A stretch of DNA of 32,000 nt, taken from Methanothermobacter sp. Lineage in GTDB: Archaea; Methanobacteriota; Methanobacteria; Methanobacteriales; Methanothermobacteraceae. The notes under the pieces are model-generated. The model saw only the letters and a list, made by a program, of their open reading frames with translations, was not told the DNA's origin and searched no databases. Shown in pieces: positions 27,190 through 32,000 of the stretch (position 1 is its first letter; each line of letters begins with the position of its first letter). The translations under genes were made by a program, and so were the position numbers. The stretch is from NCBI RefSeq assembly GCF_030055435.1, contig NZ_JASFYG010000002.1:51224-83223 (forward strand), given 5' to 3'.

Positions 27190-27229
27190 TGGGTCCAGGG
27201 AACATGAGGGCAATTGTTAAGGTGGTTTC

Positions 27230-27892
27230 ATGATAAGGATTGATCCACACATACACACGGTATACTCAGGGGATGCAAGGGGAACACCACGGGATGTGCT
27301 GAAGAGGGCATCCCATGTGGGCCTCGATGCAGTTGCGATTGCAGACCACAATACAATGAAGGGATCATGGCTTGCAATGGAGGACTCAGCAGAGTTTGGG
27401 GTCACGGTGGTCCCTGCAGTGGAGCTCAGCACATCCGCCGGTCACATAGTGGCACTGGGTGTGCAGGAGGAAATAAAGAGGGGCCTCACACCTGCAGAGA
27501 CCCTGGATGAGATACACTCACAGGACGCACTTGCCATAATCCCACACCCATTTGTCAGGTACAGAAAGGGACTCTTTGTGAACGAGAGAAACCTCCGTGT
27601 TGATGCAGTTGAAACCCTTAACTCCCGCTACATAGTTGGGTACTCCAACTGGAGGGCGAGAAAATTCGCAAGAAAGAGGGGCATCCCTGAGATAGGTGCA
27701 AGCGACGCACACTTCGTGGAGGCCGTTGGAAGCTCATTCACGATTGTAGAGTCTGAAAATACGGCTGATGATATAATTGAAGGTATAAAGAGGGGTAGAA
27801 CCAGGCCAGAGGGAAGAAGGACACCTCTTCCACTGATTGTGAGGGAGGTAATCAACAAAAAAATCATAGGCAGGATGAGAAATGATATCTGA
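27230..27892 (+). CDS. PHP-domain metal-dependent phosphoesterase
   Basis: 220-aa ORF. IDPHIHTVYSGD, AIADHNT and HPF are PHP His/Asp motifs. AAGGTGG ribosome-binding site upstream. Confidence 0.75.
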   Translation: MIRIDPHIHTVYSGDARGTPRDVLKRASHVGLDAVAIADHNTMKGSWLAMEDSAEFGVTVVPAVELSTSAGHIVALGVQEEIKRGLTPAETLDEIHSQDALAIIPHPFVRYRKGLFVNERNLRVDAVETLNSRYIVGYSNWRARKFARKRGIPEIGASDAHFVEAVGSSFTIVESENTADDIIEGIKRGRTRPEGRRTPLPLIVREVINKKIIGRMRNDI

Positions 27893-28673
27893 TCTTCAGA
27901 AGTTCCTGGAGAGCAACTTCTTCTACCTCCACCCTGGCTACACACCCCTCAACACGGTTGTTTTCGGCCTTGTACTCGGGGCTGTTGTTCTCATCATACT
28001 GAGGATGTTCAGGTGGCTTAAAAAGGACCCCAGGGAACTCCTGGTGCCACTGCTTCCCTTCATATTTCTAGGGTCAGGTGCAAGGGCCCTTGTTGATAAT
28101 GGAGTCTATCCACTCACCCATCTCCTTGTGACCCCAGGCATATACATCCTTGTGGGACTTACGGCAATAGCAACGCTTCTATTCTCAGTTAAACTTGAGA
28201 AACTTTATGGATGGGATTACAGAAAGCTTGTATTTGCTACAGGGGCGGTTCTTTCCATTCCAAACATCATAAACATGCAGAAAATTAATGCCGTACCATT
28301 TTTCTCTGTACTGGGAGTGTTCATGGCATCGGCAGTCCTTCTCTATATAATAAGTATTAAATGGGAACTTCTAAGGGAGAGGATGAACCTCTATGTGGTA
28401 TACGCGCACATTTTTGATGCATCCTCAACCTACGTTGCGGTTGACCTCTATGGCTATGCTGAACAGCATGTCCTGCCATCGGCATTCACGGCCCTGACCG
28501 GCACTGCCCTTGTGATGTTCCCCCTCAAGATAGCGGTCATACTGGCGGCTCTCTATTCCATTGACAGGTACGTTGAGGAGCCAGGGGACTCGGCTCTACT
28601 TAAACTTGTGATATTCATACTTGGCCTTGCACCGGGCCTCAGGAACTTTTTGAGTCTCAGCATGGCGGTTTAA
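27882..28673 (+). CDS. Archaeal DUF63-like polytopic membrane protein
   Basis: 263-aa ORF with about 7 hydrophobic helices. The start overlaps the PHP gene stop by 11 nt. The family assignment is from memory of the N-terminal pattern and is moderate to low. Confidence 0.5.
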   Translation: MISDLQKFLESNFFYLHPGYTPLNTVVFGLVLGAVVLIILRMFRWLKKDPRELLVPLLPFIFLGSGARALVDNGVYPLTHLLVTPGIYILVGLTAIATLLFSVKLEKLYGWDYRKLVFATGAVLSIPNIINMQKINAVPFFSVLGVFMASAVLLYIISIKWELLRERMNLYVVYAHIFDASSTYVAVDLYGYAEQHVLPSAFTALTGTALVMFPLKIAVILAALYSIDRYVEEPGDSALLKLVIFILGLAPGLRNFLSLSMAV

Positions 28674-28703
28674 ATATCCAGGACCCTGTCTCTGACAGCA
28701 GAG

Positions 28704-28727
28704 CCCTTCTTCTAACTTTTAAGTTAT
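28704..28727. repeat. Second copy of the parA-upstream palindrome core (exact 18-mer TAAGTTATAACTTATAAG) with a flanking AACTT/AAGTT half-site
   Basis: aacttttAAGTTATAACTTATAAGtc. The 18-mer at 28710..28727 is identical to 9680..9697. It lies in the intergenic region between the DUF63 gene and leuA. Confidence 0.6.
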
Positions 28728-28809
28728 AACTTATAAGTCTGCTGTGTAAAAGCTTTTAATTGTGGCAGCATATAGATCATGATAAAAGGCCAGACCACGG
28801 GGAATTTAA

Positions 28810-30327
28810 ATGTACATAGAAGAGGTTAAACCGGAAATGAAGCTACCTGAGACGGTTAGAATATTTGACACAACACTAAGGGACGGTGAGCAGACACCTG
28901 GAGTGGCGCTCACGGTGGATGAGAAGATATGCATAGCAAGGAAACTGGACTCCCTTGGAGTTGACACAATAGAGGCAGGGTTTCCTGCAGCCTCCCCGGG
29001 GGAGATGGACTCGGTAAGGAGGATAGCTGACCTTGATCTTGATGCGAATACCTGTGGTTTGGCAAGGGTGCTCAGGGAGGACATAGACGCTGTTATTGAC
29101 TGCGGCGCTGATTACATACACACCTTCATAGGGACCTCACCCCTCCACAGGAAGTACAAGCTCAAAATGTCCCCTGAGGAGATAATAGACAGGGCGGTAT
29201 TTGGGGTGGAATATGCGGTTGAACATGGGCTCAGGGTGGAATTCTCTGCCGAGGACGCCACGAGGACAGAATTTGATTACCTTGTGGAGGTATACAGGGC
29301 CGCAGAGGATGCAGGGGCTGATATGATAAATGTGCCGGACACAGTTGGGGTGATGATACCCCGGGCCATGAACCACCTCATAAGGGGCCTCAGGGATGAG
29401 GTCAGGACACCCATAAGCGTCCACTGCCACGATGACTTTGGACTGGCCGTTGCAAACTCTCTTGCAGCGGTGGAGGCCGGCGCATCACAGGTACATGCAA
29501 CTATCAACGGGCTCGGTGAAAGGGCAGGAAATGCAGCCCTTGAGGAGGTTGTGATGGCCCTCATAACCCGCTATGACCTCCCACTCACCATAAAGACAAC
29601 GGAACTTGTGAACATCTCGGAATTCGTATCAAAGATAACAGGGGTTAGGATGCCCCCCAACAAGGCAATCGTGGGTGAAAATGCCTTTGCGCATGAGGCA
29701 GGTATACACGTCCATGGGGTTCTTGAGAAGGCAGAGACCTATGAACCCATAACCCCTGAGATGGTTGGCCACAAGAGGAGGATAGTCCTCGGCAAACACA
29801 CAGGGGCCAACGCCCTCAGATCAAAGCTTCAGGAATACGGTATAGATATGAACGAGGACCAGTTCTGCACCCTCTATGAACAGGTCAAAAGACTCGGTGA
29901 TAAGGGTAAAAGGATCACTGACGCAGATCTTCGGGCAATGGCGGTCACGATCCTTGGAAAGGCAACAAGGGAGATCGTGAAGCTTGAGGGCATAGCGGTG
30001 ATGACAGGTGAGAGTGTGATGCCAACAGCCACAGTTAAGCTGAGGATAGGAGATGAGATCAAGACAACAGCAATGACCGGTGTGGGACCAGTTGATGCGG
30101 CCATAAACGCCATACAGAGTCTTGTAAGTGAAACAGCAGATATAGAACTTGATGAATACAACATAGAGGCAATAACAGGAGGTACCAATGCCCTTGCAGA
30201 GGTCTTCGTTGTCATGAGTGACGCCGAAGGCAACAAGGCAACAGGAAGATCCACAAGGGAGGATATAGTAATGGCGAGTGTGGAGGCGGTTCTCGATGCA
30301 ATCAACAAGATCCTGAGCCTCAAATAG
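28810..30327 (+). CDS. leuA: 2-isopropylmalate synthase (LeuA/CimA family; [11 protein letters not shown] favours LeuA)
   Basis: 505-aa ORF with [50 protein letters not shown] and a C-terminal LeuA-type regulatory domain. Alternative start ATG 28837. Confidence 0.85.
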   Translation: MYIEEVKPEMKLPETVRIFDTTLRDGEQTPGVALTVDEKICIARKLDSLGVDTIEAGFPAASPGEMDSVRRIADLDLDANTCGLARVLREDIDAVIDCGADYIHTFIGTSPLHRKYKLKMSPEEIIDRAVFGVEYAVEHGLRVEFSAEDATRTEFDYLVEVYRAAEDAGADMINVPDTVGVMIPRAMNHLIRGLRDEVRTPISVHCHDDFGLAVANSLAAVEAGASQVHATINGLGERAGNAALEEVVMALITRYDLPLTIKTTELVNISEFVSKITGVRMPPNKAIVGENAFAHEAGIHVHGVLEKAETYEPITPEMVGHKRRIVLGKHTGANALRSKLQEYGIDMNEDQFCTLYEQVKRLGDKGKRITDADLRAMAVTILGKATREIVKLEGIAVMTGESVMPTATVKLRIGDEIKTTAMTGVGPVDAAINAIQSLVSETADIELDEYNIEAITGGTNALAEVFVVMSDAEGNKATGRSTREDIVMASVEAVLDAINKILSLK

Positions 30328-30335
30328 GTGTTTCG

Positions 30336-31520
30336 ATGGAGCCAGTATCAACATGTAAACTCTTCGGGGCTGTAAGGGCTGTTTCAGGCATCCGCAATGC
30401 CGTACCGCTCATCCACGGCCCCAGGGGCTGCGCATACCACATTGGATACCTTCTGAAGGCAAGGGGAGGTAAAAGGATAAGGGTTCTATCAACAGAACTC
30501 ACTGAATCAGACGTGGTATTTGGAGCCACCGATAAACTCAAAAAGGTCATAATTGACGCTGACAGAACCCTTAAACCGGAACTCATAGCTGTTATGAGCT
30601 CCTGTGCAACAAGCATAATAGGTGAGGATATAGGTAGGGCTGCAGAGGAGGTTAAGGGGGAACTTGATTCTAAGATCATAACCATCAGTGCAGGGGGTTT
30701 TGAGTCAAACCAGGGCGAAGGATATCTCGAGGTTATGATGGCACTCCTTGAGTCCATTGCAGCTGATGCGAAACCATCAGATGAGCCATCAATCAACATC
30801 ATAGGTGAGTTCAGGGGCGGCCCCGACCTCAAACATATTGTGGATACCCTTGGCAGGATGGGTGTTTCTGTGAACTGTGTTCTTACATCCGGGAGCACAG
30901 TCGGTGATATTGAGGGGATTTTGTCCGCCCATCTGAACTATTCCTTCTGTGATGTATCAGGGATAGGGCCCTGCAGGTTTCTTGAGAAGGAATTTGGGGT
31001 ACCCTTCATCCACCACCCCATCCCCCTGGGATTCTCAAACACCCTAAGGTTCTATGAGGTGATACTTGAACACCTCAGCATTGATTACCCCCTTCAGGAT
31101 GAAATCGGTGAATACGCTGAGGAAAGGGATCGTCTGAAATCGGAACTGGAGGGTGTGAGGGTTGGTATAGTCTCAGGGCCCACAAGGGCTGTTGGACTCG
31201 CTGGATTTGTAAGTGAACTTGCAATGAAACCGGCTCTGGTGGCAATGGACATGATTGGTGAGTACACACTTGAGAACCTCTCTGAAACTGGCCTGAGGTC
31301 GGAGGTTCTGGTTGGGGCTGATCTCTCTGAGCTGGAGGATGCGCTTATCAGGAATGAACCTGAGGTCATACTCGGTGGAGTTGCAGAGACACGGTTTTCA
31401 GAATCACTTGGAGCGCCACTTATTGATGTTATGCATGGCTCTGCCCTCACTGCAGGGTTCAGGGGGGCCGCTGTAACTGGGGGCAGGATACTTGAAGCTG
31501 TTAAGTCCAGAAGTTATTAA
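30336..31520 (+). CDS. cfbD: Nitrogenase NifD/E-like protein, probable Ni-sirohydrochlorin a,c-diamide reductive cyclase subunit CfbD (NflD)
   Basis: 394-aa ORF. CKLFGAVRAVSGIRNAVPLIHGPRGCAYH is the nitrogenase component-1-type N-terminal pattern. It is a short single subunit in a methanogen context. AGGTG ribosome-binding site upstream. Confidence 0.72.
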   Translation: MEPVSTCKLFGAVRAVSGIRNAVPLIHGPRGCAYHIGYLLKARGGKRIRVLSTELTESDVVFGATDKLKKVIIDADRTLKPELIAVMSSCATSIIGEDIGRAAEEVKGELDSKIITISAGGFESNQGEGYLEVMMALLESIAADAKPSDEPSINIIGEFRGGPDLKHIVDTLGRMGVSVNCVLTSGSTVGDIEGILSAHLNYSFCDVSGIGPCRFLEKEFGVPFIHHPIPLGFSNTLRFYEVILEHLSIDYPLQDEIGEYAEERDRLKSELEGVRVGIVSGPTRAVGLAGFVSELAMKPALVAMDMIGEYTLENLSETGLRSEVLVGADLSELEDALIRNEPEVILGGVAETRFSESLGAPLIDVMHGSALTAGFRGAAVTGGRILEAVKSRSY

Positions 31521-31521
31521 A

Positions 31522-31527
31522 TTTTTT
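31522..31527 (+). terminator. T6 tract after cfbD
   Basis: taaaTTTTTTaatt, directly after stop 31520. Confidence 0.35.
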
Positions 31528-31545
31528 AATTAGCATATCACAAAC

Positions 31546-31553
31546 TTTATATA
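31546..31553 (+). promoter_or_regulatory. Consensus TATA box TTTATATA upstream of albA
   Basis: caaacTTTATATAatgc, 47 nt upstream of ATG 31600. GGAGGT ribosome-binding site at 31588..31593. Confidence 0.55.
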
Positions 31554-31599
31554 ATGCAGGGTTTCTATCTTTATTACAGACACTCTTGGAGGTTAAGTG

Positions 31600-31875
31600 A
31601 TGTCAGAGGAGAATGTAGTATACATCGGAAACAAGCCTGTAATGAACTATGTTCTGGCCGTAGTGACTCAGATGAACGGTGGAACCAGTGAAGTGATCCT
31701 TAAAGCCCGTGGAAGAGCTATAAGCAGGGCTGTTGATGTTGCAGAGATTGTCAGGAACCGTTTCATCCCAGACATACAGATAGAGAACATCGACATATGT
31801 ACAGAGGAGATCATTGGTAACGAGGGAACCGCTACCAATGTTTCAGCAATAGAAATCCAGCTCAAAAAGGATTAG
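31600..31875 (+). CDS. albA: Alba (Sac10b family) DNA/RNA-binding chromatin protein
   Basis: Track ORF from GTG 31597. ATG 31600 has better spacing (6 nt) from [26 protein letters not shown]...[24 protein letters not shown] is a typical Alba sequence. Confidence 0.9.
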   Translation: MSEENVVYIGNKPVMNYVLAVVTQMNGGTSEVILKARGRAISRAVDVAEIVRNRFIPDIQIENIDICTEEIIGNEGTATNVSAIEIQLKKD

Positions 31876-32000
31876 GGATATAAAAGATGGAAACCACAGG
31901 TTTCCATTCTTTTATATTTTATATGCACTGAATTTTCAGGACATCTGCTCTTTATCAGTTATTCAGAATAGTCATTGCCTTCTCACTTAACCCCCCATAC

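Noticed and set aside
29821-30354. 177-aa Cys/His-rich minus-strand ORF (and the 149-aa ORF 29874..30323) opposite leuA
   Set aside because: Both are antisense to the well-supported leuA frame. The Cys richness comes from reading GCA/ACA-rich antisense codons, and no cluster motif is present.
1-32000. CRISPR arrays, transposases, integrases, prophage or other mobile DNA
   Set aside because: I saw no spaced direct repeats and no IS-type inverted-repeat/transposase ORF. All long ORFs are housekeeping or conserved hypothetical genes with uniform composition.

Overview
The window appears to be core chromosome of a hydrogenotrophic methanogen of the Methanobacteriales, Methanothermobacter-like. 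This is inferred from Mtd, the Fae-Hps fusion, the F430 gene cfbD, Alba, an archaeal ThrRS with an N-terminal editing domain, and GGAGG/GGTGAT-type ribosome-binding sites. It is densely packed with about 32 protein genes on both strands: argS (partial), signal peptidase, ilvD, a rubredoxin-Hcp fusion, thrS, cbiA/cfbB-type amidase, mtd, hisB, fae-hps, trpB2, leuA, cfbD and albA. I saw no rRNA, tRNA, CRISPR array, transposase or integrase. The most interesting locus is a ParA ATPase followed by a 99-aa protein. That protein carries only the ParB N-terminal ParA-contact peptide (KKGLGMGLDALI) plus a possible ribbon-helix-helix tail. A perfect 24-bp palindrome with AAGTT/AACTT iterons lies upstream, and its 18-nt core recurs exactly about 19 kb away in another intergenic region. 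Together these look like a SegAB-like or type-Ib-like archaeal chromosome partition cassette with candidate centromere sites. Other points of interest:
- A co-directional Wzy-like membrane protein, MurG-like GT-B glycosyltransferase and standalone C39 cysteine peptidase, a possible envelope or pseudomurein assembly module.
- A small, very basic Cys-rich protein whose signal-peptide-like N-terminus lies upstream of any canonical start codon.
- A roughly 500-bp AT-rich non-coding region with degenerate repeats.
- An orphan DNA-repair-type radical SAM/HhH gene.
- A 17-bp-stem hairpin with a competing local hairpin.
All functional calls come from reading motifs by eye. No database search was run.
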